The position numbers were made by a program, and so were the translations under genes. The notes beneath the pieces are model-generated. The model ran no database searches, was not told the DNA's origin, and saw only the letters and a list, made by a program, of their open reading frames with translations. Shown here in pieces: positions 18,122-27,799 of a DNA stretch of 64,000 nt (within the stretch, counting starts at the first letter, position 1; the number at the start of each line of letters is the position of its first letter). Source of the stretch: an uncultured Gammaproteobacteria bacterium (lineage in GTDB: Bacteria > Patescibacteriota > Microgenomatia > Woykebacterales > RBG-16-39-9b); assembly GCA_964360785.1 (NCBI GenBank), contig CAYHXX010000004.1, forward strand, positions 5,568 to 69,567, in the 5' to 3' direction.

Positions 18122-19042
18122 ATGAAAAATACCATTGACCTACATGCGCACACGATCTATTCAGATGGTGGTCTCACACCGATTGCTTTGGTGATGCGTG
18201 CCAAGGAGATCGGTCTCAAGAGCATAGCGGTCACTGATCATGACAATATCTCAGCAATTGAGGTGGCGACAATCAAAGGTGCGGAACTTGGTGTTGAGAT
18301 CATTCCGGGAATTGAGCTGACTGCCTATGTCGATGAGATGCTGGATTTGCACATCTTGGGGTATTTTATTGATAAAAAGAGCCGGCATCTAAACGAGAGG
18401 CTCGAATTTTACAAAAAGCAAAGAGAAGTAAAGAGCAAGAAGGTAGTCGAGAATCTAAAAGGGTTTGGATACAAGATAGATTTTAATGAGGTCAAGAAAC
18501 TAGCAAAAGGAACAATCGCTCAGCCTCATCTTGCCTACATTGTGATCAACAATTCTTCCAACACAGCCAAGTTGACCGAAGAGTTTGGAGAAATACCAAC
18601 AACCGGAGAATTTATCAAGGAGTACCTGGCAGTTGGCGGCAAGGCCTACGAACCACGGGAAGCGGCAACTCCAGAGGAAGCAATTGAGATCATTCACGAA
18701 GCTTCCGGTATCGCCGTCCTAGCCCATCCTTGTTGGAATCTAGCGGCCAAGGTTGGTTCGAAACTAATATTTGATGACCAGTGGGTGGAAAAACTAGTGA
18801 AAATGGGACTTGATGGCATCGAAGTTTATGCCCATCGTGATACCAAAGAAGATACCGAAAAAGCGGTTGAGCACTACGAGAAAGTTGCCGACAAGTACAA
18901 ACTTATCAAAACTGGTGGCAGTGATTTCCATGGGTTTGGTAGTGCGGGCAAAGATCTTGGGTTTAAAGATTTTTCTGTTAGTATTCCAGCCAAGGCTTTG
19001 AGTGATTTGAGGAAGTTAAAAGCAAGTCTTACTGTCAAATAA
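18122..19042 (+). CDS. PHP-domain phosphoesterase
   Basis: IDLHAHTIYSDG, VTDHDN, PHP metal-binding histidines. Confidence 0.8.
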   Translation: MKNTIDLHAHTIYSDGGLTPIALVMRAKEIGLKSIAVTDHDNISAIEVATIKGAELGVEIIPGIELTAYVDEMLDLHILGYFIDKKSRHLNERLEFYKKQREVKSKKVVENLKGFGYKIDFNEVKKLAKGTIAQPHLAYIVINNSSNTAKLTEEFGEIPTTGEFIKEYLAVGGKAYEPREAATPEEAIEIIHEASGIAVLAHPCWNLAAKVGSKLIFDDQWVEKLVKMGLDGIEVYAHRDTKEDTEKAVEHYEKVADKYKLIKTGGSDFHGFGSAGKDLGFKDFSVSIPAKALSDLRKLKASLTVK

Positions 19043-19353
19043 TGGAAGAGTGTTTGTTTTGCAACATCGTCAACAAAAAAATCCCTGCTTCCTTTGTTTA
19101 CCAGGATAGTGAGATAGTAGTTTTTCCGGATATAAATCCTAAAAGTCGAGTCCATTTGTTAGTTGTGCCGACCCTGCACATAAAGAGCTTTTTAGACATA
19201 GAGGACAAGCAGTTTGTGGTGTTGACAAAACTAGCAAAAGTGATACAAAGTTTAGTGAAGAGTAAAAAATTGGAAAATGGTTACCAATTACTTTTCAATG
19301 GTGGCCACTACCAGCACGTACCGCATTTGCATTGGCATTTGCTCGGTGATTAA
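19042..19353 (+). CDS. HIT-family hydrolase
   Basis: histidine triad HVPHLHWHLLG. Confidence 0.85.
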   Translation: MEECLFCNIVNKKIPASFVYQDSEIVVFPDINPKSRVHLLVVPTLHIKSFLDIEDKQFVVLTKLAKVIQSLVKSKKLENGYQLLFNGGHYQHVPHLHWHLLGD

Positions 19354-19375
19354 AACGTTTGGAGGTGTTTTTTAA

Positions 19376-19567
19376 TTGACTATTGTTAGAGCCCAAGAAG
19401 GTGAACCAGTCGAGGTTCTAATCAGAAAATTTAATAAGAAAGTTTTAGCAGACGGAGTTCTCAACGAGCTCAAAAAGCGAGAATTTTACGAGAAACCTTC
19501 CAGCATACGTAAACGTGAGAAAAAAGAACGAGCAAGACTGATTTATAAACGCAGTCGGGGAGATTAA
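19376..19567 (+). CDS. rpsU: 30S ribosomal protein S21 (TTG start)
   Basis: VRAQEGEPVEVLIRKFNKKV...KPSSIRKREKKERARL. Confidence 0.8.
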   Translation: MTIVRAQEGEPVEVLIRKFNKKVLADGVLNELKKREFYEKPSSIRKREKKERARLIYKRSRGD

Positions 19568-19573
19568 AGAATA

Positions 19574-20035
19574 ATGGCATTTTTCGTTAATGCCGTTGTT
19601 GAGCCGCATTACCCCCTGTCCCGGAAACTTCTCAAGGCAGCAGCCACAAAAACACTAGAACTGATGGACGTCAAAGGCAATGCGCGTGTCGATATTTCTG
19701 TTATTGGCGATCGCAAAATGCGAGCTCTCAACAAAGAGTTTCGCGGCAAGGATCATTCGACTGATGTTCTGTCGTTTTCATTTGAACTTTCAGACAAAAA
19801 AGCCGGAAAATTCGTCAATCCGCCTGGGACAGATTTCCTCAACCTCGGTGATGTGATTATATCCTACCCGCAACTAATGGAAAAAGCTGCCAAGCAAAAT
19901 ATGCTGGTGGATGACATGGCCAACCTCCTCGTCGTCCACGGAATCTTGCATTTGCTTGGTTACGACCACGAAGTTCCCGCCGAAGCCCACGTAATGGAAA
20001 AACTCGAAGACCAAATCCTCGAACAACTAAAATGA
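19574..20035 (+). CDS. ybeY: rRNA maturation endoribonuclease YbeY
   Basis: HGILHLLGYDH zinc-binding motif. Confidence 0.9.
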   Translation: MAFFVNAVVEPHYPLSRKLLKAAATKTLELMDVKGNARVDISVIGDRKMRALNKEFRGKDHSTDVLSFSFELSDKKAGKFVNPPGTDFLNLGDVIISYPQLMEKAAKQNMLVDDMANLLVVHGILHLLGYDHEVPAEAHVMEKLEDQILEQLK

Positions 20036-20115
20036 TTGACTAATCCCATTCAGTCGTAAAGTAGTTCCCAAATTTTTGTAAACAAGTATAATAACTGCGA
20101 AGAAGGAGGAGACTC

Positions 20116-20559
20116 ATGTGCTGCACAGACAGCTGGTTGTCCTGCACACGGTGTTTTGAGAAATATCCAGCGGAAGCTATCTACTGCATGCGCTGCGGCA
20201 AGAAAACAGGCAAGACTCAGCAAGATCGGATGTGGCCGGGTGAAATTTTAAGAATTGCTCATGATGCTGACATGACACTACTAGAGGAAGCCATACGGGC
20301 CGCGTTTGGCCAACTCCCAAACGGGCGGCAAAGTATCACCAACGATGAGATTCAGACTATACTTCCGAGATTGACAGAGAAGCAAGGGCAGGTATTGATC
20401 CGTGCCTTCAACCTGGACAAGAAAGGGGTGCGCCCTAGAAAAGAGATTTCTGCAGAGATGGGATCATCTGTAAGAGCTGTTATGGAGCGTGTTGACTGGG
20501 CATTAGCCTGTGTTAACGAGTCGCTGGAAATTGAATATTACCGAAGGATCCAGGCGTGA
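20116..20559 (+). CDS. Zn-ribbon + sigma-70 region-4-like HTH protein, GC-rich cassette
   Basis: CxxC..CxxC at the N-terminus; LTEKQGQVLIRAFNLD..RPRKEISAEMGSSVRAVMERVDWAL resembles sigma region 4; SD gaaggagga. Confidence 0.4.
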   Translation: MCCTDSWLSCTRCFEKYPAEAIYCMRCGKKTGKTQQDRMWPGEILRIAHDADMTLLEEAIRAAFGQLPNGRQSITNDEIQTILPRLTEKQGQVLIRAFNLDKKGVRPRKEISAEMGSSVRAVMERVDWALACVNESLEIEYYRRIQA

Positions 20560-20634
20560 ACCCACTCACGCCTTTTTATTTTTCCCAAAAACTTGCAGGA
20601 TTAGCTTATAATTTCAACAGGAAAGGAGATCTCA

Positions 20635-21003
20635 ATGACACTCAAGACTTATAGTCCCGGTGTTTGGGCTATGGCGTTTCATTACCCAGACTACTCTCAA
20701 GCCTTTGAGGTTTGGAGGCAGATCAATCGCTATCTACAAGAACCTGTATTTGACGGTGGTGTTGCAGCATACAGACTGCGAAAAGTGGAGGAAGATGGGG
20801 AAACAAAGGGGTACATATATATCGTCGCTGCAGGGCAAAGTTTATCACCAGAAATGCAGGCGAGGTTGGAAACGATATGTAAAGATGGCCTGTCCACAGA
20901 AGTCGAAGACAGTATTGTTCTGAAAGTAGCTGAAGATCACGAAGGACGTTATGTGCCTGGAGTGAAAACGCACTTCCACAACCGAGCCTTCCGACACATA
21001 TAG
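20635..21003 (+). CDS. hypothetical protein, second gene of the GC-rich cassette
   Basis: SD aaaggagatc before ATG; terminator 21004-21034. Confidence 0.35.
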   Translation: MTLKTYSPGVWAMAFHYPDYSQAFEVWRQINRYLQEPVFDGGVAAYRLRKVEEDGETKGYIYIVAAGQSLSPEMQARLETICKDGLSTEVEDSIVLKVAEDHEGRYVPGVKTHFHNRAFRHI

Positions 21004-21048
21004 CGTACCTTCTGGTGCGCTTTTTCTTTTTCCTGATATACTATTCCC

Positions 21049-21561
21049 ATGAAATTGATAGTTGGTTTGGGAAATCCGGGAGCAGAATATGCTGGTACGC
21101 GGCACAATCTTGGTTTTGAAGTGGTTGACGCTCTAGTTTTCGGGAAAAAAGCTTCGCCGGAAATTAGCAAGAAACTTCAAGCAATAATCTACAAATTGCC
21201 TGGTGTTATTCTGATCAAGCCGCAAACTTTTATGAATCTCTCTGGAGTTTCAGTTGTGGCAGCGGTGAATTTCTACAAAATCGATCTTAACGATTTGCTG
21301 GTGATCCATGACGATGTTGACTTTGAACTTGGGGAAGTAAAACATCAATTTGACCGAAGTTCTGCGGGGAATAAAGGGGTCGAGTCAATCATCAAAGCCC
21401 TCAATTCTCAAGCTTTCAATAGGTTGAGACTTGGTATTGGGCACTCGGATCTTGATACCTCGGACCACGTATTGCAGAAGTTTTCAGACGAGGAAAAACA
21501 AGTTGCCCAACGTATGGTCGAGCGAGCAGCTGAAGTTACCCAAAATTGGATTAACGCATAA
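21049..21561 (+). CDS. pth: peptidyl-tRNA hydrolase
   Basis: MKLIVGLGNPGAEYAGTRHNLGF. Confidence 0.9.
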   Translation: MKLIVGLGNPGAEYAGTRHNLGFEVVDALVFGKKASPEISKKLQAIIYKLPGVILIKPQTFMNLSGVSVVAAVNFYKIDLNDLLVIHDDVDFELGEVKHQFDRSSAGNKGVESIIKALNSQAFNRLRLGIGHSDLDTSDHVLQKFSDEEKQVAQRMVERAAEVTQNWINA

Positions 21562-21770
21562 GAATTGGAGGTACAGTTATAGATTCGCTTTGCTCTCTGT
21601 AACTTAAGAAAGTTATCGACATTAGTTTTGGTTCAAACCTAAAAGCCACTGACACCCCCACAAAGTCCCGTTGGGAGAGTTTCCGTATTACCATCAAACA
21701 AGAGATCGACTATCGCGAAATTTCCAATAGACTAATTGAATATCAATACCAAAACATTGGCCGTTCTCAA

Positions 21771-23558
21771 GTGGTCGAGGAAGGTCAATTTTCATTTCGA
21801 GGAGGGCTGCTCGATATTTGGCTGGAGCGTTACAAAATACCAGTTCGACTAGATCTGATTGGCAACCATCTTGAAGGAATTTACTTATTTAACCCGCTAA
21901 CCAACGAGAAAGTTCGGGAGTTGAAAGAGCTGGTTATCATTCCCTTTAAATCCCTTCCTGATCTGGATAAAGTGTGGAAAAAATCTCACGGTGGGGAAAG
22001 AGAGAAAATATTTCTTTCCGAGATCAAAGAGGGTGACTATGTTGTTCATATCGACAACGGGATTGGGAAATTCTTGGGTTTTGAACGCAAAAAAACTTCT
22101 GAAGGCGAGGTTGAAAGTTTGGTTGTCGAGTTTGCCAAAGGTGACAAACTTTTTGTTCCAGTTACCCAAATTGAGCGATTAACTAAGTATATTGGAGGGA
22201 CGGGAAGAAAACCAAATCTAAGTTCTTTGGGAACAGCAGGGTGGGAAAGAATCAAACAGCGAGTCAAAGATTCAGTCATCGCCGTGGCCAAGGACTTGCT
22301 TGAGGTCTACGCCAAAAGAGAATTGAGTACACGCAAACCGTATTCCGAGGATGACAGTTGGCAACGGCAATTGGAAAACAGTTTTGATTATAAAGAGACA
22401 GACGATCAGCTTGCTGCTGTTGCGGATATCAAAAACGATCTATACCGTCCGCGTCCGATGGATAGGTTGCTAGTTGGCGATGTTGGTTTTGGGAAAACTG
22501 AAGTTGCACTGCGAGCTGCTTTCAAAGTAGCGCATGATTCCCAGCAAGTGGCACTTCTTGTTCCGACGACGATTCTTGCCGAACAGCATTTCCATCTTTT
22601 CAAAAGCCGGTTGGAAGCCTTTCCTATAAGAGTAGAAATATTATCTCGAACAGTTGATAAAGACAGACAGAGAGATATTATTACTAATGTAGAAAATGGT
22701 CAAGTTGACATACTTATTGGGACCCACAGACTGCTATCTAAAGATGTCGTTTTCAAGAATTTGGGACTTTTAATTATCGATGAGGAGCATCGTTTTGGAG
22801 TCGAGCAAAAGGAAAAACTTAAAAAAGTTAGAGCCGAAGTTGACTGTTTGTCGCTTTCAGCAACACCCATTCCGCGAACATTGCATATGGCTCTGACCAA
22901 AATTCGGGATGTTTCTTTATTGACAAGAGCACCAGTCGGCCGGGAGCCAATTGCCACCAAAGTAGGCGAAACTGATTGGGACCAGGTTAAACTTGCGATT
23001 GACCAAGAACTGAACCGATCAGGTCAGACTTTTTTCTTGTCCAACCGAGTAGCCACGATTGCTGCTAAAGCCCAAAAAATCCGGGAGTTGGTTCCCTTCG
23101 CCCGTGTTGAATATGCACATGGGCAAATGAACGAGTTGCAACTCGAGAAAACCATGAATCTACTTTACGAAGGCAAGATCGATGTTTTGGTTTGTACCAC
23201 CATCATTGGTTCAGGGCTCGATGTTCCCAATGTGAATACGATCATAGTTGAAAACGCTCACAAATTTGGATTGGCTGATCTTTATCAACTCCGTGGCCGA
23301 GTTGGCCGTTCAGAACGAGAGGCACACGCTTATCTTTTTTATCCAAAAGGTTATCAACCTGAAGGTCCAGCAGCGCAGCGGTTACTCGCAATTTCTCAAG
23401 CGACAGAACTCGGGAGTGGTTTTAAAATAGCCAACCAAGATCTTGAAATTCGGGGAGCGGGCAATATGCTCGGTGCAGCCCAAAGCGGAAATATCTCTTT
23501 AGTAGGTTTCGAATTGTATGTTCAGTTACTCTCACAGGCTGTAGAAAATTTGAAATAA
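21771..23558 (+). CDS. mfd: transcription-repair coupling factor Mfd, minimal form (lacks N-terminal UvrB-homology D1 and C-terminal D7)
   Basis: begins at the GEF..RGGLLDIW motif; CarD/RNAP-interacting domain KEGDYVVHIDNGIGKFLGF; SF2 helicase motifs GDVGFGKTEVA, DEEHRFG, QLRGRVGRS. Confidence 0.8.
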   Translation: MVEEGQFSFRGGLLDIWLERYKIPVRLDLIGNHLEGIYLFNPLTNEKVRELKELVIIPFKSLPDLDKVWKKSHGGEREKIFLSEIKEGDYVVHIDNGIGKFLGFERKKTSEGEVESLVVEFAKGDKLFVPVTQIERLTKYIGGTGRKPNLSSLGTAGWERIKQRVKDSVIAVAKDLLEVYAKRELSTRKPYSEDDSWQRQLENSFDYKETDDQLAAVADIKNDLYRPRPMDRLLVGDVGFGKTEVALRAAFKVAHDSQQVALLVPTTILAEQHFHLFKSRLEAFPIRVEILSRTVDKDRQRDIITNVENGQVDILIGTHRLLSKDVVFKNLGLLIIDEEHRFGVEQKEKLKKVRAEVDCLSLSATPIPRTLHMALTKIRDVSLLTRAPVGREPIATKVGETDWDQVKLAIDQELNRSGQTFFLSNRVATIAAKAQKIRELVPFARVEYAHGQMNELQLEKTMNLLYEGKIDVLVCTTIIGSGLDVPNVNTIIVENAHKFGLADLYQLRGRVGRSEREAHAYLFYPKGYQPEGPAAQRLLAISQATELGSGFKIANQDLEIRGAGNMLGAAQSGNISLVGFELYVQLLSQAVENLK

Positions 23559-23819
23559 TAATAGGTTTGAACTTTTAGTCCGAAGGACGCAAAGCGCGTA
23601 GCGATTTATATCCAACTTCTCGCCCAAGCCATCGAACAACTCAAAAATTAAATCTAAGTGAGCAATTGCGGGGCTTTTTTATTGACAAGGCCGGGCCTTA
23701 GCCACACGGAGTTTTTTTCTTTCCAAAATTTGTAAGAATATGTTATACTATAGGGCAGAATACAGCCTGCGGAGAGTATCCGTGTAAGTGCTGATAAGTT
23801 CGAAACGGAGAGAGTTAAA

Positions 23820-24686
23820 ATGTCGATAGACGAAACGGTCGTAAGGCCGCAAGTTGCCCTTTTCATCGATCTGGAAAACATCCGCTACAGTTTCTTGAGC
23901 CAGTTCAAATATGAACCGGATTTCAAGTCACTTTTCGGTGTTGCCCGGGCGGAAGGTCCTGTCTCGGTCGCCTACGCCTACGCCGATTTTTCACGTCACC
24001 CTGAGGCGGTGCGTCGGCAACTGGAAGCGTTGGGGATCACCTGCCGTGACACCCCAGTGCGGGTTCAGCAATCCAACGGCGAGACTCGGGTCAAAAGTAC
24101 TGTAGACCCGCAAATGATGCTCGACATCTTAGAGACGGCGCTTGACCGGCCGCAGGTTAAGACCTTCATCGTTGGGACCGGGGACTCGGACTTTTTGCGC
24201 ATCGTGACGATGTTGCAAAACCGATTCGAGAAACGGGTCTTGGTAATCGGGGTGCCGGGAACCCTGAGCCAGGATCTTGCGGCAGCGGCTACAGACGTCA
24301 TAAACCTGGAGCCGGTTGTCATTACGGGTGACAACCCGATCGTCGGGGCGATCGTTCATCTAATGAGGACGAAAACACCGCCGGTGGGGTTCTGGACACT
24401 CCCGCAACTTGCCAAGTGGGCGAACCAGACCCATAATGGGGTTCCGGGAACGGATAGCGAAAGGTCGGCTGCTATCTCGTTCATGGTCCAGAACGGTTTA
24501 ATCAGGCAGGAGGTCCTGCCGGCCGAAGGCGAGCTAACCGAACGACGGGCCAGCAGTATTGATGAGGAGAACGAGCTGGTCAAAGAGATTCTCGCAGGCA
24601 GCACACCAAAACAGACACCCGGTCAAAGTCTTCTCGAGGCGTTCAGGGAGGCCGACTTGTCTGGAGAAAGTAACGCCAACAACTGA
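23820..24686 (+). CDS. NYN-domain (LabA-like) protein with C-terminal LOTUS/OST-HTH-like domain, GC-rich
   Basis: VALFIDLENI, TFIVGTGDSDFLRIV, RVLVIGV typical NYN core; C-terminal WTLPQLAKWAN..GLIRQE helix-rich domain. Confidence 0.55.
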   Translation: MSIDETVVRPQVALFIDLENIRYSFLSQFKYEPDFKSLFGVARAEGPVSVAYAYADFSRHPEAVRRQLEALGITCRDTPVRVQQSNGETRVKSTVDPQMMLDILETALDRPQVKTFIVGTGDSDFLRIVTMLQNRFEKRVLVIGVPGTLSQDLAAAATDVINLEPVVITGDNPIVGAIVHLMRTKTPPVGFWTLPQLAKWANQTHNGVPGTDSERSAAISFMVQNGLIRQEVLPAEGELTERRASSIDEENELVKEILAGSTPKQTPGQSLLEAFREADLSGESNANN

Positions 24687-24775
24687 ATAACAATAGAATA
24701 ATCACAACAAAGGGCTTTGCGGAAACGTAAAGCCCTCATCATTTTAAAAATTATTTGTTGCAAGGCCGGGCCTTG

Positions 24776-25162
24776 TCAGTCTATTTTTGGGATTCCGTAC
24801 TCAATGTGGGGATTTTTGTGGATGCCGACAAAGTTAATATAACCATCTTCGTGGTGCTCACAGTAGCTGCCGACACACTCTCTGTCGCTATAATGATGAG
24901 TATTGTGCACTAATCCGCCATAGCGATTCCAGACATAAGTACCGTGGACTTCGACGCGATCACCGATTTTTACTGGTACTCGATAGGCCCGTAAGAGACT
25001 GTTGGCAACCAAAACCGTATGGCCAGCGTGAAGTTCGAGCACAAATTTCTGGTGGGGAGTGGAGTCAGTATCATCGGGAAGTATTTTGATAACCTTTCCG
25101 ATAGCAGTCAGGGGGACATTGTGCATCTTACGGGCAAAGGCAGTTTCAGCAGTTATTTGCAT
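24776..25162 (-). CDS. hypothetical protein (possibly DUF3465-like)
   Basis: 128-aa ORF with moderate GC; a vague DUF3465 resemblance from memory is all I have. Confidence 0.35.
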   Translation of the reverse strand: MQITAETAFARKMHNVPLTAIGKVIKILPDDTDSTPHQKFVLELHAGHTVLVANSLLRAYRVPVKIGDRVEVHGTYVWNRYGGLVHNTHHYSDRECVGSYCEHHEDGYINFVGIHKNPHIEYGIPKID

Positions 25163-25403
25163 CTTTTCTTAGTATTAAGAAAAAAGGGGAAAGAATCAAG
25201 TTTTTTAATTTCTACCTTTGGTAGCAAAGGTAGAGCCAAACTACCGCCTGACTGCGCGTGCTACAAAAAATTAAGTCGCTCGAGCAAAATTGTTAAACTC
25301 TCCCGATCAGAATCGGGATCAAACAAACAATTTATGCTAGGTCGCTAGGTCGCTTGGTTAATTCTTTGTTTAACGCATGCTCGCAATGGCGGGAAAAAGG
25401 GAA

Positions 25404-25685
25404 CTAACCTTTCAACAAATCCTGCAAACCACCGAGGCCGCCCATCATACCTTGCATTTTCTTGGCAGCGACTTTTTGGGCCTCGTCGTTGGCTTTGTTA
25501 ATGGCATCTTTCAATTTATTTTTATCGACGTTGTCTTCGAAATCTAAGTTGAGTATCTTTTGCGCTCCGTTGATGCGAACTTTCACACCGCCGTGTTCCA
25601 CATCCAGAACCTCAGATTCCAATTCCTTCTTCATCTGATCAGCCTGCTTTTTGAGATCATAAAGCTGCTTCATTTTGTCAAACAT
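25404..25685 (-). CDS. ybaB: nucleoid-associated protein YbaB/EbfC
   Basis: MFDKMKQLYDLKKQADQMKKEL..GGVKVRINGAQKI..MQGMMGGLGGLQ. Confidence 0.85.
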   Translation of the reverse strand: MFDKMKQLYDLKKQADQMKKELESEVLDVEHGGVKVRINGAQKILNLDFEDNVDKNKLKDAINKANDEAQKVAAKKMQGMMGGLGGLQDLLKG

Positions 25686-25725
25686 AAATTGCCCTCCGGT
25701 TGAGTTTTGAGTTCGGAGTTAGGAA

Positions 25726-26091
25726 TTAGGAGTTAATTTTTAATTTCTTTGAAACACTTACTAAAATCTTGATTAACTCTTCACACTCCTGTCTCAAATT
25801 TATTAATTTATTCTCTGATAGTAATTCAGATTCAAGTATTAAATCAATCCAGTAACCTGTTTCTCTTGCTTCTTTGAGACTAATACTTATCTTGCTAGCA
25901 AAATCCTTTCGAGAGTAGGTAGATTGAGCTTCCTGTAAGTTTGCTCCAATAGAGGTTCCCGATCGTACAAGCTGATTTGCTAACGCATACCCAGCTGGAT
26001 TCTTTGGTAGAATGCTTGAAAGGTTCAGAATTCTTACTGAAAATTTGAATGCCTTTTCTAGTAATTCTTTCTTAAACTCATCATTCTGCAC
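25726..26091 (-). CDS. four-helix-bundle protein (23S rRNA intervening-sequence protein family)
   Basis: KAFKFSVRILNLS, RSGTSIGANLQEAQ, KEARETGYWIDLI. Confidence 0.7.
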   Translation of the reverse strand: MQNDEFKKELLEKAFKFSVRILNLSSILPKNPAGYALANQLVRSGTSIGANLQEAQSTYSRKDFASKISISLKEARETGYWIDLILESELLSENKLINLRQECEELIKILVSVSKKLKINS

Positions 26092-26105
26092 TCTTAACTC
26101 CTAAC

Positions 26106-27686
26106 TCAGTTAAGTTTTCCAAATAATTCTGAAGGATCAGCCTCTTCAACCTCCTCAACCTTTGCTTTTTCTGGTTTTTCCGGGCGGACTCCAACTTTTC
26201 CTACTATTCTAACAGGTTTGCCAAGTGTTTCTTCAATCATTGCTGCTATCAGTCTAGAGTTCTTTGGTTCTTCGACTAGATCTTTGTGAAATTGAAAATA
26301 AACTTCCAGACTCAGCAGCCCATCTTCAATTTCTGTTGGCTTGGCGTTGCGCAAGAAAACTCCCAAAGAGTTGTTTTGGGAGCGGACTTTTTGCAAAATA
26401 GCAGACCAGTTTTTTTGGAGCTCTTCTATTTTTACAGAGTTTTTTGAAGACGTTCTAACTGGTTTTTCTGCATTTTTCGGATTTTCTACAATAGTTTCTG
26501 CAGCTATCTCAACAAGTTCTGCGGCAACTTTTTGTTCTGTCTTGACCTTTGGTTCTTCCACAGGAGCACTTTCCTCGACTACCTTTTCTGTACCTTCTGG
26601 TTCTCCATCTCCAAACTCACAAGCCTCAATGACCGCGAGTTCCAAAGGCAACACTGGAATAGGTGAGTCTTTGATTGTGGCTGTCGCTTCGGAAAATAGT
26701 CCAATCCATTTTTGGAGTTCCCTTGTAGAGAGTTGTTCGCCAAAGTCAGACAGTTCCTTATATTGTTGGGGTGAATATTTTGCTGCATCCACTGTTAGCA
26801 CCCCAACTTTTATAAGCAGTAGATCGCGTAAAGTTTCAACCAAGCTCTCACCCAAAACTTTGTAATCACCAGAGAAGTTCTGAAGCCAGAGGACTGCTTC
26901 GCGGGTTCTTTTTCCAAAGATTAGGTCAAACGGTACGACGCCCTTCAAAAAAGTTCGGCCGAGTATTTCTTCGATTTCTTCTGGGCTAGCCTTTGGATTG
27001 GTAGTAACAACTTTTTCGAGCAGTACTTCACCATCGCGAAAACTTCCACCCGAGTGTCTGGCGATAAGCTCCAAGCTTTCTTTTGGGAGATCCTTGGCTT
27101 CGGCAATTTTCTTAAACTTCTCATGGGTTTTCTCCGAAAGGTGAAATTCATATTTCTGTACGCGAGAGGCGATTGTTGCGGGGATTTTGTGAGCCTCGGT
27201 TGTCGCTAGGATAAATATCGCGTGAGCTGGCGGCTCTTCAAGTGTTTTCAAAAGAGCGTTGAAAGCTTCATTGGTGAGTTGGTGGGCTTCATCAATGATA
27301 TAGACTTTGAAGCGGGAAGATCCCGGTGCAAGATTGATCCGTTCGCGCAGATCACGGATCTCGTCAATTCCGCGATTACTGGCGGCATCAAGTTCGAGTA
27401 CATCAAAGTTTCGCCCTTCGGTGGTCGAAGTACAGGAAGTGCATTTGTTGCAAGGTTCACCAAAACCGCCAGCTGGCGGATCGCCCTTGTATTTTTCACA
27501 GTTGACGGCTTTGGCAAAGATCCGGGCAGTTGAAGTTTTTCCTGTACCACGCGGCCCCGAGAAAAGATAAGCATGGGTGATCCTTCCACTTTCAAGCTGT
27601 GTTAGCAATGGTTTGACGATATGTTCTTGGTCGACAATTTCTGAAAAGTTTTGGGGTCGGTACTTGCGGTATAAACTCATAACCAA
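26106..27686 (-). CDS. dnaX: DNA polymerase III subunit gamma/tau
   Basis: YRPQNFSEIVDQEHI, GPRGTGKTSTARIFAKAVNC, Zn module CNKCTSC, DEAHQL. Confidence 0.9.
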   Translation of the reverse strand: MVMSLYRKYRPQNFSEIVDQEHIVKPLLTQLESGRITHAYLFSGPRGTGKTSTARIFAKAVNCEKYKGDPPAGGFGEPCNKCTSCTSTTEGRNFDVLELDAASNRGIDEIRDLRERINLAPGSSRFKVYIIDEAHQLTNEAFNALLKTLEEPPAHAIFILATTEAHKIPATIASRVQKYEFHLSEKTHEKFKKIAEAKDLPKESLELIARHSGGSFRDGEVLLEKVVTTNPKASPEEIEEILGRTFLKGVVPFDLIFGKRTREAVLWLQNFSGDYKVLGESLVETLRDLLLIKVGVLTVDAAKYSPQQYKELSDFGEQLSTRELQKWIGLFSEATATIKDSPIPVLPLELAVIEACEFGDGEPEGTEKVVEESAPVEEPKVKTEQKVAAELVEIAAETIVENPKNAEKPVRTSSKNSVKIEELQKNWSAILQKVRSQNNSLGVFLRNAKPTEIEDGLLSLEVYFQFHKDLVEEPKNSRLIAAMIEETLGKPVRIVGKVGVRPEKPEKAKVEEVEEADPSELFGKLN

Positions 27687-27799
27687 GATATTTTAAACCT
27701 CGGGATAGAGAGTGTCCAGCAGTGCCTTTTTCTTTTTCTCAAACTTTGACGCTTGTGTATAATCTGATTATCGCCACTGCGTTTTTCCAAGGAGGCTAT

